Shown: positions 22,736 to 34,115 of the stretch, piece after piece
Layout: the number at the start of each line of letters is the position of its first letter
Position numbering within the stretch: the stretch's first letter is position 1
Position numbers and translations under genes: made by a program
Assembly (NCBI GenBank): GCA_963727895.1
Contig: CAVSHT010000007.1
Coordinates: forward strand, 64,001 to 128,000
DNA: 64,000 bases
Direction: 5' to 3'
Source: an uncultured Methanosarcinaceae archaeon
GTDB lineage: Archaea; Halobacteriota; Methanosarcinia; Methanosarcinales; Methanosarcinaceae
The notes under the pieces: generated by a model
The model's database searches: none
What the model saw: the letters and a program-made list of their open reading frames with translations, nothing else
Told to the model about the DNA's origin: nothing

Positions 22736-22863
22736 TAACCTATTCCAAAATCTTTTTTGTTCTAAATCAGCAGTTTATTCAGGATAATCTCGCTTTTCAG
22801 ATATTCGATTAACTGTTTCGAATATAAGAATGAGGAATTAAATTTGAGTTTCGGAATAGGTTA
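22736..22863. mobile_element. Putative MITE of about 128 bp
   Basis: Terminal IRs TAACCTATTCCaAAA / TTTcGGAATAGGTTA around a non-coding interior. Confidence 0.6.
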
Positions 22864-23073
22864 TCATAATAAACTTGAAGACATCCAGAAGATAGATCGT
22901 TCTTGTGCAGAGTAGTATGATCATCCTCAATGATTAAATTCTTCATATTCACTTTCTTTTTGACCACTTTATCCGTTGATCTTTACACAGCTTTTTTAGG
23001 AATAATTCATGGACAGATATATTTTATAAGATATTTGCACTTAAAACCTGCAAAATAAAAAAATAATTTGTTT

Positions 23074-23811
23074 GGCATTGGTATTTAAAAATAGATATAT
23101 ATGCTTATAACATATATTTCTTCATGAACTGCCCAGATGCAATAGTTCTAATTACAAAAAGAACGGTATAGTTGGTGGTCGTCAACGCTACAAATGCTCT
23201 GATTGTGGCTATAACTATACAGTAGAGCTAAAATCAACTGCTTTTTCCGCCTCTGTTAAAAACAGGCTTTACAACTTTACCTTGAAGGATTGGGCTTTCG
23301 CTCAATAGGAAGAGTTTTAGGGGTGAGTCATGTTTCCGTCCAAAAATGGATAAAGAAATTTGGTCAGGAGTTAGAGGCCCTAAAAAGTGAAAATGAGATA
23401 TCTATTGTTGAAATGGATGAAATGCACACTTACATCGGTAACAAAAAAAATATTGCTGGATCTGGATTGCTGTTGATAGAGTTGGGAAAAAGTTTATCAA
23501 CTGCTCTTTTGGTAGCAGAGGAACAGAAACTGGAAAACTACTCTGGGAAAAAGTGAAGAAAAAAGAGATTGGAGAAGTGATGACAGATCACTGGAGAGCA
23601 TATGCAGAGTTAATTCCAGAAAAGAGTCATACTCAATCAAAAGCAGAAACATTTACAGTTGAGGGATATAACAGCATATTGAGGCATTTCCTGGCAAGAT
23701 TGAGAAGAAAGACAAAGTGTTATAAAAAAAGTCTTGAAATGCTAAAGTACTCGGTTATTCTATTGATGAAATAAAAAAATAAAGAGTTAACTATGTTTAG
23801 ATAACAATGCC
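23074..23811 (+). mobile_element. IS1-family element, copy 5 (degenerate)
   Basis: GGCATTGG...CAATGCC ends; shares variants with copy 4. Confidence 0.95.
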
Positions 23812-23863
23812 CTATTGATGAAATACAGAAATAAAGAGTTAACCATGTTTAGTTAACAATACC
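23812..23863 (+). mobile_element. IS1 right-end stub (52 bp) abutting copy 5
   Basis: CTATTGATGAAATACAGAAATAAAGAGTTAACCATGTTTAGTTAACAATACC. Confidence 0.85.
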
Positions 23864-23980
23864 TGATTTTTGTATCCATACCTAAAAATTTATTATGTAA
23901 TTATCGTTTTTTCAATTTTAAAAAATTTTCAAAATCTATGTTTAAAACTGTCTTTTGATATGACAGTTCATTGTTTAAAC

Positions 23981-25141
23981 TTATTTGTAATACCTTTTAT
24001 TATATATGTGAGACTTTTTTAACATCAAGTTTAATAATATAGTATGAAACTTCAAAAACATTTGGTCAAATGTGTGTCCTAGGGATGCAGATTCATACAT
24101 TATATTTGCAAAATAAGACATCCCGAGAGTAAATGAGCGGGGAAGATGTCCATAAAAGAATTTTCCTGTATGATATGCAAACCTCAAGCCTCTAATAATT
24201 TCTCTTTGATATCTTTTTTGTAGTGACTGAGAATCAAAAACTCCTGATTTTATGCTTGAATAAATCACATCTGCAGCAATGGTCCCACTTTTTACTGCAT
24301 AATAGATGCCTTCTCCAGTCCAATACTCTCCAAAGCCTGCAGCATCTCCAACAAGGATACATGGAAAATCTGGTTGCTTGTAGTAAATTCCATAATAAGG
24401 AATAATGTGTCCTTTAAATTCTTTAGACTCAGGTACAAGCCCAAGCTGTTCAATGTAATCAGAAAGATATTTTTGGATATTCTTCATTTTTTTATTTGTT
24501 GTATAAGCCCCAACGCAAACGTATTTATCTTTTGGAAAAATCCACAGATAACCATTTGGAACTGTCCCAAAATCAAAAGTCATATTAAATTTTCCAATAT
24601 TTTCCTTACTTAGGGGACAGTTAATTTCTATTGCAAAACCGTAAATACTTCTTTTAATAATATTAAATTTCCTATTGACAATGCTGTTAGTACCATCAGC
24701 CCCGATTAAGTAATTACAACGGAACGACTGCTCCTCTGTTTTGACACTAAATTCTCCATTTTCCCAACTGACTTCAGTCACCTTTATTCCATCAAGAAAG
24801 GTTGCTCCTGACTCAACAGCTTTTTTAACCATAAAGTTATCGAACTCTGTTCTTTCGACCATTTTAGTAAGTGTTTTGTCACCTGAGATCTTATGAAATA
24901 TCTTATTTTTGTATGAGGCTACAACAGAATTTGCACTATATTTTACTTCTTTAGAAATAGGAAAATCAAAAGACTTGAAAGTTTTTACTGTTAACCCTCC
25001 AGCACAGGGTTTGTAACGTGGAAAAACATGTTTATCAATAACAAGCACATTAACTTTTGATCTGGCTAATGTATACGCTGCAGATGAGCCCGCAGGTCCT
25101 GCTCCAATAATAACAACATCATATTTTTTCATATAGATCAT
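23981..25141 (-). CDS. Geranylgeranyl-reductase-family FAD oxidoreductase
   Basis: DVVIIGAGPAG, PRYKPCAGG, IGADGTNS, GYLWIFPK, LVGDAAG...GEGIYYA. Confidence 0.88.
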   Translation of the reverse strand: MIYMKKYDVVIIGAGPAGSSAAYTLARSKVNVLVIDKHVFPRYKPCAGGLTVKTFKSFDFPISKEVKYSANSVVASYKNKIFHKISGDKTLTKMVERTEFDNFMVKKAVESGATFLDGIKVTEVSWENGEFSVKTEEQSFRCNYLIGADGTNSIVNRKFNIIKRSIYGFAIEINCPLSKENIGKFNMTFDFGTVPNGYLWIFPKDKYVCVGAYTTNKKMKNIQKYLSDYIEQLGLVPESKEFKGHIIPYYGIYYKQPDFPCILVGDAAGFGEYWTGEGIYYAVKSGTIAADVIYSSIKSGVFDSQSLQKRYQREIIRGLRFAYHTGKFFYGHLPRSFTLGMSYFANIMYESASLGHTFDQMFLKFHTILLNLMLKKSHIYNKRYYK

Positions 25142-25371
25142 TATAAAAATGGAAATTTGAATATAATGGTTATTAATCTTACAAAAATTTTACTAAAAAT
25201 TCAGATAGAAATCAATATTGCGATTAGTCTTAATACTGATTGATACTATAAAGAATAAGTTATTTAGAACAACTGGAAAGTAAAGAAGAGGAAGACGAAG
25301 AGAGGGGTATAGAGCAAATTTTACCAAAATTAAACACATTATTTTTACAGAGCTGAATAATCAGAGGAAAT

Positions 25372-25995
25372 CTAATTTTTATCAAAATGTTCTATTGTTT
25401 CAATTACTTTCTTATAATCCACTTTCGTGTTATAACAACCATCGTTCAACAGAGGAACACCATACGTCACAACTTTTTTTCCATTTAAAGCGCACATTCC
25501 TTTGTTTATTTCGTAATCACATGCTATTCCAAGTAGCCCGTCTGCAGGTTTATATTTAAGGATATTGACGAGGGCCGAGGAACCGGTGAATATATATAAA
25601 TCGTATCCATACTTTTTGGCATCTTTTCTTAATTGAGTTACAATGCACTTCCCGCAGTCTCGACATTGAATCCCTAAAATTGTTGACAAAGCAGGGCAAT
25701 CGAGTGAACGCACACAATGCGGAACAACAATTATGCGATTTTTGGTTTTTGAAAAATCTGATGCATGAGCTATGTTTTTCAAAGACACTATCCATTTATC
25801 CAAAATTCGTGGATCTGAAAATTTACAGAAGAAATATTTTATAGGTAAATAAAAAAAGTCAAGTATATTTGAAAAGAAACCTGCAAGCCATACGTTTCTT
25901 TTCAGGCTTATTCGACTCACTAAGAGAGCAGATATCGATATCAAAACCGAAAAAATGATGGTAAAAAACAGAGCTTTTCCTATAAAACTATACAT
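25372..25995 (-). CDS. DUF116-family membrane protein
   Basis: N-terminal TM segment; PHCVRSLDCPA...CRDCGKC...GSS...GIAC...DGCYNT. Confidence 0.85.
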   Translation of the reverse strand: MYSFIGKALFFTIIFSVLISISALLVSRISLKRNVWLAGFFSNILDFFYLPIKYFFCKFSDPRILDKWIVSLKNIAHASDFSKTKNRIIVVPHCVRSLDCPALSTILGIQCRDCGKCIVTQLRKDAKKYGYDLYIFTGSSALVNILKYKPADGLLGIACDYEINKGMCALNGKKVVTYGVPLLNDGCYNTKVDYKKVIETIEHFDKN

Positions 25996-26629
25996 CGCAT
26001 ATCTCCATTTTTCGGATAATTTCTTCCACATCAGCTTTGGTATTGAAACAACCATCTCGAAGAAGAAGAACTCCTTGCACAGGGATAAAAGATACTTCCT
26101 GCATATCTTCTGCAAGCTCATTGTAACAAGCTACACCCACGCAAGATTGAGGACTGTACTCCTTGAAGATCTTTTTGACAAAGCTGCTTCCAGGAATTAT
26201 AAAAACCTTAAAATTGTACTTATCTGCAGCTTCATATATTTTTGAAATGTCACATTTCCCACAGCGTTTGCATTCGTAGCCATGAATAGGGTCACATCTA
26301 GCCCTGCATTCCGGGTGCCTCATACACTGAGGTAGGAATACAACCCTATTCTCTTTTGTGTGAACAAAGCGATCCAACATTAAGGCGTTTCGGATATCAA
26401 TAAGGATATCGTCAACAAGTGTTTCTCTTATCCTGAAAACCTTGCAGATCCATTTTGCAGGAGAATAAAATAGATAAAGTGTAAACAGTACAAATCCCGG
26501 AAAAACAATTCTGTGATTTTTAAAGGAATATGCCCCTATGAGCAGGGCGATAACGGTTCCTGCGATAACAAAAATTACTAAGTATATAAATATTTCACCT
26601 AGAAATTCATAAGGGATATTCATGTTCAA
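25988..26629 (-). CDS. DUF116-family membrane protein
   Basis: PQCMRHPEC...CKRCGKC...PGSSF...GVAC...DGCFNT. Confidence 0.85.
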   Translation of the reverse strand: MNMNIPYEFLGEIFIYLVIFVIAGTVIALLIGAYSFKNHRIVFPGFVLFTLYLFYSPAKWICKVFRIRETLVDDILIDIRNALMLDRFVHTKENRVVFLPQCMRHPECRARCDPIHGYECKRCGKCDISKIYEAADKYNFKVFIIPGSSFVKKIFKEYSPQSCVGVACYNELAEDMQEVSFIPVQGVLLLRDGCFNTKADVEEIIRKMEICDV

Positions 26630-26728
26630 GGGGAGGTGTATATCGGTATTTAAGTTTTACTCTAAAACAAAAAGAATCAAGAAAATAGAACAAAGAAAGC
26701 TGGAGGAAACCAGCCTTCATCTTCACGC

Positions 26729-27958
26729 TTACGTAGTGCTCAGGCCCAGTGCCTCTGCAACCAGCTCGATGACGTCTTCTACATCTATGTGAGCTTTGAG
26801 GGAATCACGGCCGTCCGAGAGGTTCCTCTTACAGAAGGGGCACGCACTGGAAAGAATGTCTGCATTGGTTTCAAGAGCGTCCTTAACTCTGGCTTCTCCA
26901 ATTGCCACAGCAAGATCACCCATTCCTGCTTTTACACCACCGCCAGCTCCACAGCAGCGCTGGAATTCTTTTGACCTTTCCATTTCGACGAACTTAACGC
27001 CTGGAATATGGGAAAGCACAAACCTGGGAGCATTAAAGACGCCGACGTGGCGGCCAAGGTGACAGGGATCGTGATAGGTAACCGTCTTGTTAATAGACTT
27101 CTCCCATTTGATTTTGTCCTCCTTTATAAGGTCTGCAAGGAACTGTGTGATATGAATAACCTCAAAAGGCAGTTCCTGCCCGAGAAGCCTGGGCCAGTCG
27201 ATCTTTGCAGCACGGAAACAGCCTGCACATGCAAAGAGAACTTTTTTGGCACCTTTCTTCTTAAGGGCTTCGACATTGTGTCTTGCAGCTTCATGGGCTA
27301 CCTGCTCGTAACCTATCTGACCTGTTCTGATAGGATTTGAACCACAACACCACTCATCTTCTCCAAGCATGGCAAATTTAACGCCCAGCTTGTTAAGTAC
27401 ACGCGAGGTCGCAAAAGCCAGAGAAAGCTGCTTGTATCCTGCAGTACAGCCAGTGAAATAGACGATGTCTGCTTTGTCTGCGATTTTCACATCTGCAGGA
27501 ACCCATGCAAGTCTGTCTTTCTGGTCAAGCATGTAGGCGTTATGGTATTGCTTTATCATCTTAGGGATAGCGCCCAGCTTTCCATAAGGTCCGATTCCTT
27601 TCTTGACAAGGTTTGTCCTCAGGGCTTCCCAGAGTTCCACAGTGTTAATACCTGCTTCACAAACGGTTCCACAGACACCACATGTAGTACAACCATATAT
27701 ATCGTCTTTGAATTCTTCAAGCTCTGATTGAGGAATTTCCTGTGGACCAAAAATTTTTGCTTTAAACCCGTAGGACTTGTTCATGAACTGCTTCCAGCGC
27801 AAGATTTTATCCCTGGGGGCTAATCCTGGTTTCCCGCCGGAAGCGGCATAAGTCGGACACCATTTTACACACTCACCACAGCGAACGCAGGAATCAAGTT
27901 CCATGAGCTGGACTGCAGTAAGATTCTTCGTATCAATTGAAGGGGTACGTTTTGCCAT
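26729..27958 (-). CDS. hdrD: Membrane-bound CoB-CoM heterodisulfide reductase Fe-S subunit D
   Basis: Two CxxCxxCxxxC motifs and two CCG domains ([28 protein letters not shown]). Confidence 0.95.
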   Translation of the reverse strand: MAKRTPSIDTKNLTAVQLMELDSCVRCGECVKWCPTYAASGGKPGLAPRDKILRWKQFMNKSYGFKAKIFGPQEIPQSELEEFKDDIYGCTTCGVCGTVCEAGINTVELWEALRTNLVKKGIGPYGKLGAIPKMIKQYHNAYMLDQKDRLAWVPADVKIADKADIVYFTGCTAGYKQLSLAFATSRVLNKLGVKFAMLGEDEWCCGSNPIRTGQIGYEQVAHEAARHNVEALKKKGAKKVLFACAGCFRAAKIDWPRLLGQELPFEVIHITQFLADLIKEDKIKWEKSINKTVTYHDPCHLGRHVGVFNAPRFVLSHIPGVKFVEMERSKEFQRCCGAGGGVKAGMGDLAVAIGEARVKDALETNADILSSACPFCKRNLSDGRDSLKAHIDVEDVIELVAEALGLSTT

Positions 27959-27962
27959 CTTT

Positions 27963-28739
27963 TTATTCGCCTCCTTTATTTGCAAGAAGTGCAAGCGGTA
28001 TGGCGATTACATGTATATATTTGCTGTATGGAATAAATGCGATACAGAAGATCAGGGCAAATATGGAATGGAAGAGAGCTGCCGGTGGTGCTGCTGACGG
28101 GGCAAGCCCAAAGCTCCATATAAGTCCTGTTCGTATTCCATCGGCGAGGAAACCGGAAATAGTAACTATGAAAAGTATTCCAATTAAAATCCAATCATAC
28201 TTAATGGAAGCTTCCCTGACTTCAGAGACAAACAGTCTTCTTACTAATGCTATAAGAACTCCAATAAGCAGGATGTACCCGAAGATATAGTTCGGAATGG
28301 AGAGCCAATCTCTAAATACGTCAGGAGTAAACGGGAGTTCAATTCCGATCTTCTCTATCATTTCGACTGAAAACATCAACCCTGACAAGGCAAAGAGGGT
28401 CACCCAGCCTCCAAAAATACATAAGTGCATGATCCAGCGGAAAGGACTTCTCTGGAGAATTCTTCTCTGGAAGATAATATCAAGAATAAGAACTTCTAAG
28501 ATACCATGTCCATGATGAGATTTTGCTGTTACCTGTTTCCACCAGGTTTTCAAGAATGTTATTGCACTTCCTTTCTTTCCTGGCTGAGGTTCAAGGTTGT
28601 AACCCGTAACTCCTGTTCCCCATTTCTGTAGGTTAACTATTAGACCATATAAGAATATCACAACGGCTAGTATAGCCATTATCATTACCTGGACAAACGT
28701 CATTCGTAGTGTATCCGAGAGCCCAGAGAAATACAACAT
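27963..28739 (-). CDS. hdrE: Heterodisulfide reductase cytochrome b subunit E
   Basis: Multi-[18 protein letters not shown]...[11 protein letters not shown]; directly upstream of hdrD. Confidence 0.93.
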   Translation of the reverse strand: MLYFSGLSDTLRMTFVQVMIMAILAVVIFLYGLIVNLQKWGTGVTGYNLEPQPGKKGSAITFLKTWWKQVTAKSHHGHGILEVLILDIIFQRRILQRSPFRWIMHLCIFGGWVTLFALSGLMFSVEMIEKIGIELPFTPDVFRDWLSIPNYIFGYILLIGVLIALVRRLFVSEVREASIKYDWILIGILFIVTISGFLADGIRTGLIWSFGLAPSAAPPAALFHSIFALIFCIAFIPYSKYIHVIAIPLALLANKGGE

Positions 28740-29161
28740 TTCACTGATAGTTTATTCCTCCTATGTGTGGATAAAAAATTTGGGATTCTTAATTTTACAA
28801 TTGTCATGTACAGAACATCATAATAATAAAGATAGAATAATAAACCGTAGCGACTTTCAGCATAAGGTTTAGGTAGTTTGTTAGTCTTTGTATCTATTAT
28901 ATTTAAACGTTATCTTTATTAAACAATACCTCGAAAAGCTCACTGAGTTGCAAAAATGAGATGAATGGAAGTTATCGTAGTAAGCAAGAAAAAAGTGAAA
29001 GTAATAAAATAACACTTATTTTATACTATTTAATATATATTATATACTTCTAGAATTATGCCGATCGGAAAAATAAGAAATCTGATGGCAAAATAGTTAG
29101 TAAAAATAATTACAGTTAAAAATTTTAAATATAGAAAAGGATCAAATGATCCTTTTTTCCT

Positions 29162-29542
29162 TTACTGTTTTTTCATTTTGTCGAGAAATCCTTTCAATCC
29201 TGCTTTATGCCTGGCTTCATCTAAGGATGCTTTCTCAAAGAAAAGAACAGCTTTTTTATTTCCTTCTTTCTTGGCTATTTCTGCGGCTTCAGCTTTCTCA
29301 ATTTCGGCTTTACTTTCTCCTTCAAACATCATCTCAAGATTTTCAAGAGTTGTCTCTTTAACGAGTCCTAGTATTTCAGCTACTTCGGTAGCATGCCAGG
29401 CTTCGTCCATAGCAACCTGACGGAGGTAAACCGCAACATCTGGAAATCCTTCCCGCTCAGCAATTTTTGACATTGCGAGATACCAGCCAACTTCAGTAGT
29501 CTCTCCTTTAAAAGTGTTTTTTAGAATTTCTTCAAGAGTCAT
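29162..29542 (-). CDS. Rubrerythrin/ferritin-like di-iron protein
   Basis: GETTEVGWY, DEAWHA, DEARH motifs. Confidence 0.85.
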   Translation of the reverse strand: MTLEEILKNTFKGETTEVGWYLAMSKIAEREGFPDVAVYLRQVAMDEAWHATEVAEILGLVKETTLENLEMMFEGESKAEIEKAEAAEIAKKEGNKKAVLFFEKASLDEARHKAGLKGFLDKMKKQ

Positions 29543-29960
29543 CCTATCACCATTTCTTTTTTAATATAGTCTTATTTATAGTTTAAACATACAGCAGTCT
29601 TTGAATTTAAGGTTTAGCCATGTTTAAGAACAAAAATGGACTGAAATCAGAAAAATAGTGACGGTAAAACCGAAATAAACCATTAATATCTCGAAGAACA
29701 CCACAATGAAATCGAAACATACGGAAAAAAATCTGTATGAAAATATATATTGATGAGAAGAAATGTACAGGCTGTGGTAAATAAAAGTTGCCTGCTCAAA
29801 AAGTTTCACTGGAGTTATTACTCAATGGAGGAAAAACCACGGAAAAAGGCTGCATTTTAATGGAACATTTTTAGTAATCGGGTTGCAGAATATGTGTGAT
29901 TATCTAGATGAAATATGTAAATCACGCCTGAAAACTAATTTTAAAAAAGGACTGAGAAAT

Positions 29961-30719
29961 TTGTCACTTGAAATTCGTATAATACTTGTGGAACCAATGT
30001 ATCAGGGGAATGTCGGATCTGTTGCAAGAGCAATGAAAAACTTCGGATATACTGATTTAGTGCTTGTAAATCCCTGTAAACTCGAAGGAGAGGCAAGAGC
30101 TATGTCGTCTCATGCAAGAGACGTGCTTGAAGGAGCAAAAATTACCTCAACGCTTGATGAAGCTGTAAAAGGAGCAAACTTAACAATAGGGACTACGGGA
30201 GTCGCAAGTCTGAAAACCGGAGAACATATTCGTCTTCCTCTTTATACCCCCAAAGAGATCAAAGAGAAACTTAAAGATTGTAGTGGAACAATTGCAATTC
30301 TTTTTGGGCGTGAAGACGCAGGTTTCCGAAATGATGAACTCAAAAGTTTTGATATGCTTGTTGCGGTTCCAACTTCTGAAATTTATCCTATTATGAATCT
30401 TTCACATGCCGTTGCAGTTGTGCTTTACGAGCTTTCGGAACTGGAAGGAGGAAACAGTCCTCTTGCCGACGGGTTTGATCTCCAGCTTTTATATGAGCAT
30501 CTTGATGAACTACTTGAGGAAATTGAGTATCCCCCTCATAAAAAAGACAAAACATCTCTGATGTTGCGGAGAATCTTAGGAAGAGCAGGACTAACTCCTA
30601 GAGAAGTCCAGACTTTGAGGGGCATAATAAGAAAAACCGAGAGAAAAATGGGATATGCAATAAAGGATTCCGATGATCAGAAACTGAAAACTCCTGAGAG
30701 CATGGAAAAGTTCATATGA
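29961..30719 (+). CDS. trmJ: TrmJ-type SPOUT RNA methyltransferase
   Basis: ILVEP..QGNVGSVARAMKNFG, LFGRED.G, MNLSHAVAVVLYE. Confidence 0.88.
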   Translation: MSLEIRIILVEPMYQGNVGSVARAMKNFGYTDLVLVNPCKLEGEARAMSSHARDVLEGAKITSTLDEAVKGANLTIGTTGVASLKTGEHIRLPLYTPKEIKEKLKDCSGTIAILFGREDAGFRNDELKSFDMLVAVPTSEIYPIMNLSHAVAVVLYELSELEGGNSPLADGFDLQLLYEHLDELLEEIEYPPHKKDKTSLMLRRILGRAGLTPREVQTLRGIIRKTERKMGYAIKDSDDQKLKTPESMEKFI

Positions 30720-30843
30720 GAATAAATCTGATTTTACATCAGAACTTACGGATACATGTTTTTTAACTTTTTTAAAATATTATTTAAACCGAATTTTTGT
30801 AAAGAAATATAAAAATTTTGCATATAACTAGATAGAGAATGAT

Positions 30844-32953
30844 ATGACTGAAACCGAAAGCAAGTGGGATGAAAAGCTAAAAAGGTTTTTTAAAGATTAT
30901 TACTGGAACGAAATTCTTCAGCTTGCAAATGAATATCCAGATCAGCGAAGCCTTTGTGTGGATTTTACGGATATAGAGAAATTTGACAGAGAGCTTTCAA
31001 GAGAGTTTCTGGATCACCCTGGAGAACTTATCCCGGCTGCCGAAATTGCCCTGAAAGAAATCGACCTTCCTGTTGAGAAAAGTCTTGATCAAGCTCATGT
31101 AAGGATAATTAAAATCCCGAACAGAATATCCATAAGGGAACTCAGAAGCAAGCATCTTACTAAGTTTATTGCATTAGAAGGTATGATACGGAAAGCGACT
31201 GAAGTAAGACCAAGAATCACTAAAGCTGCTTTTCAGTGCCTCAGGTGCGGGCATGTGACCATTGTTGAGCAAAACAGCTTCAAATTTGAAGAACCCTTTG
31301 CAGGCTGTGAAGAAGAAACCTGTGGGAAGAAGGGACCTTTCAAAGTGATCATTGAGGAATCCACCTTTACAGATGCCCAGAAGCTTCAGATTCAGGAATC
31401 ACCCGAAAACCTCAAAGGAGGTTCACAGCCCCAGAGCCTTGAGGTCGATTCAGAAGACGATCTAGCAGGGAATATTACCCCTGGAGATCGAGTCATAATT
31501 AACGGAATCCTTAGGTCAAGACAGCGCACCCTGAAAGACGGGAAATCGACCTTCTATGACCTTGTGCTTGAAGCAAATTCTATAGAGCAACTGGACAAAG
31601 ATTACGACGAACTTGAAATAACTGCTGAAGACGAAGAACAGATTCTTGAGCTTTCCCATGACCCTGAAATCTACAACAAAATTATCGGTTCGGTTGCGCC
31701 GTCTATCTATGGGTATGAAGACATAAAAGAAGCCCTTGCTCTTCAATTGTTTTCTGGCGTTGTAAAAAATCTTCCTGACGGTTCCAGAATTAGGGGAGAT
31801 ATTCATATTATGCTTGTAGGAGACCCTGGAATTGCAAAATCCCAGCTCCTTCGCTATGTAGTAAAACTTTCTCCCAGAGGTGTTTTTACTTCAGGGCGTA
31901 GTGCATCTGCAAGCGGTTTGACTGCGGCTGCTGTAAAAGACGACCTTAACGATGGTAGATGGACAATCGAGGGAGGAGCCCTTGTCATGGCTGATATGGG
32001 AGTCGCTGCAGTTGATGAAATGGACAAAATGAAAACGGAAGATAAAAGCGCCCTTCACGAGGCAATGGAGCAGCAGACCATAAGTATTGCCAAGGCTGGG
32101 ATTATTGCTACGCTTAAATCCCGCTGTGCTCTTTTAGGGGCTGCAAATCCTGAAATATGGGCGTTTTGACCGGTATGAAGGCCTTGCAGAACAAATAAAT
32201 ATGCCACCTGCCTTACTTTCCCGTTTTGACCTTATATTCGTTTTGCTTGACACACCTGACCATAATCTGGACACTAAAATTGCTAACCATATTCTACAGT
32301 CTCATTATGCAGGAGAACTCTTTGAGCAGCGGGAAAAGCTTCCGGGATCACATATTACGGAAGAGTTTGTCGAAGCTGAAATGGAAGTGATAGAACCTGT
32401 CATACAGCCAGAAATCATGAGAAAATACGTTGCATATGCCCGGAAAAATGTATTTCCTATTATGGAGGAAGATGCAAGAGCTTACCTTATAAATTTCTAC
32501 ACAAATTTACGAAAAACCGGAGAGAGTAAAAACACCCCAGTGCCCGTAACTGCCAGGCAACTCGAAGCACTTGTTCGTCTCTCTGAAGCAAGCTCAAGAG
32601 TCCGGTTAAGCAATACAGTCAAGCTTGAAGATGCAAAAAGAACTATCAGAATCGTTATGAATTGCCTGAAAAATGTAGGCGTTGACCCCGATACTGGAGT
32701 CCTTGATGCAGATATACTTGCATCTGGCACAAGTATGAGTCAGAGAAACAAAATAAAAATCCTGAGAGATTTAATTAAAAAGATATGTGAAAGGCATCCC
32801 GGAAATGAAGGAGCCCCGTTAGAAGAAGTATATACAGAAGCTGAAAACGAAAATGGTATCGATAAAGCTCATGCAGAAGATTTAATTAAAAAGATGGTAA
32901 CCAAAGGAGACCTCTTTAAACCAAACTTATCTCATATAAAAGTAATTAAATAA
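30844..32953 (+). CDS. mcm: Replicative helicase MCM, with an apparent +1 frameshift at about 32152
   Basis: Zinc finger CLRC...C, Walker A GDPGIAKS, VDEMDKM, ALLSRFDL; AANP-KYGRFD is broken by one extra base (CCT G AAA TAT GGG CGT). Confidence 0.93.
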
Positions 32954-33050
32954 TATACAAACTATATTATTTAATAAGTCAATTACAAATAAAGTGCATA
33001 CGGCTAAGCTGTAAATAATAAAAGGGCAAATAATATTTAAAAGGGAGAGT

Positions 33051-33341
33051 ATGTATATAAAGATATATAAAAATGGGGGGCATATTCTTGTTGCAGCCTG
33101 TGATAAAGAAGTGCTCGGAAAGACCCTGAAGCATGGTAATAATGTATTGGAGATCAGCAGGGCCTTTTACGAAGGAGAATGCGTTTCCGAAGAAGAGCTA
33201 CAGAAAGCTCTTGAAGAAGCTACGACTGCAAATCTCTTTGGGGAAAAAACGATCAAATGTGCCATAAAATTTGGGTTACTTGATTCGGATTCCGTGATAA
33301 TTATCGATAATGTGCCTCATGCTCAGATTTTCAGGATTTAA
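33051..33341 (+). CDS. DUF424-family protein
   Basis: ILVAACDKEVLGK...FYEG...ANLFG...VPHAQI. Confidence 0.85.
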   Translation: MYIKIYKNGGHILVAACDKEVLGKTLKHGNNVLEISRAFYEGECVSEEELQKALEEATTANLFGEKTIKCAIKFGLLDSDSVIIIDNVPHAQIFRI

Positions 33342-33469
33342 TTAGAATTATATATTGCCAAATAAAATCGATAGATTAAATCAGTGGGAAGCCAAAAACT
33401 GGTTTTTAGGGCTGAGCATATAGGTATAGGGTCAACATAAGTGTAAATAAAAATTCAGATCGTGATACA

Positions 33470-34084
33470 ATGACTGAAAACATTGGAATCAAAGTGATGA
33501 CAGAAGAGGAACTGGTCTCCGCAGTTGTGGAAAAACACAAACGGTTTCTGGAAGAAAATCGGAAAGAATTTGGAGAACTGGACAGCAAGCTGAGCCAAGT
33601 AGAAGAATATGTAAAAAATGCGAAGAATTCCAGAATCCAAATGGAAGAGAGAAAAGAGGTACTCAAGGAGAAACGCCAGCAATTTTATCACCAGGCCGAA
33701 AATCTCCTTGAAAAAGATGTATTCTCTAAGTTAGATCTGATTACTACTAACAAACTCAAAGAAGAGATTAAAAAACTAAAAGGACAAATTGACCCCGAAG
33801 AAGAACAGAAGATTAAAAATTCGTTTATGGAAAAACTCCAGGAAATTATTCAAGTAACAGGACTTAGTGAAAATCTTCTCCAGCAAACTGATTCCAAAAT
33901 GGAGGGAGCCAGAAACTCAAATCTGGAACTAAAAGAGATAGTGCAGTCTGAAAAGCAGTTTGTAAATGATGATGGTAGCAAGAGTGAAGAGATTTCTAAA
34001 GGCAAATCCCAGCATAAATGGCTTAGTGAAAGAATAAAAAAACATGAAGAAGCTTTGAATTACTGGGGAAAATTGAAAATATAA
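33470..34084 (+). CDS. Coiled-coil hypothetical protein
   Basis: E/K-rich heptad pattern. Confidence 0.7.
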   Translation: MTENIGIKVMTEEELVSAVVEKHKRFLEENRKEFGELDSKLSQVEEYVKNAKNSRIQMEERKEVLKEKRQQFYHQAENLLEKDVFSKLDLITTNKLKEEIKKLKGQIDPEEEQKIKNSFMEKLQEIIQVTGLSENLLQQTDSKMEGARNSNLELKEIVQSEKQFVNDDGSKSEEISKGKSQHKWLSERIKKHEEALNYWGKLKI

Positions 34085-34115
34085 CCCTTTTTTGAAAACA
34101 CGCGGGTGATAGTAC

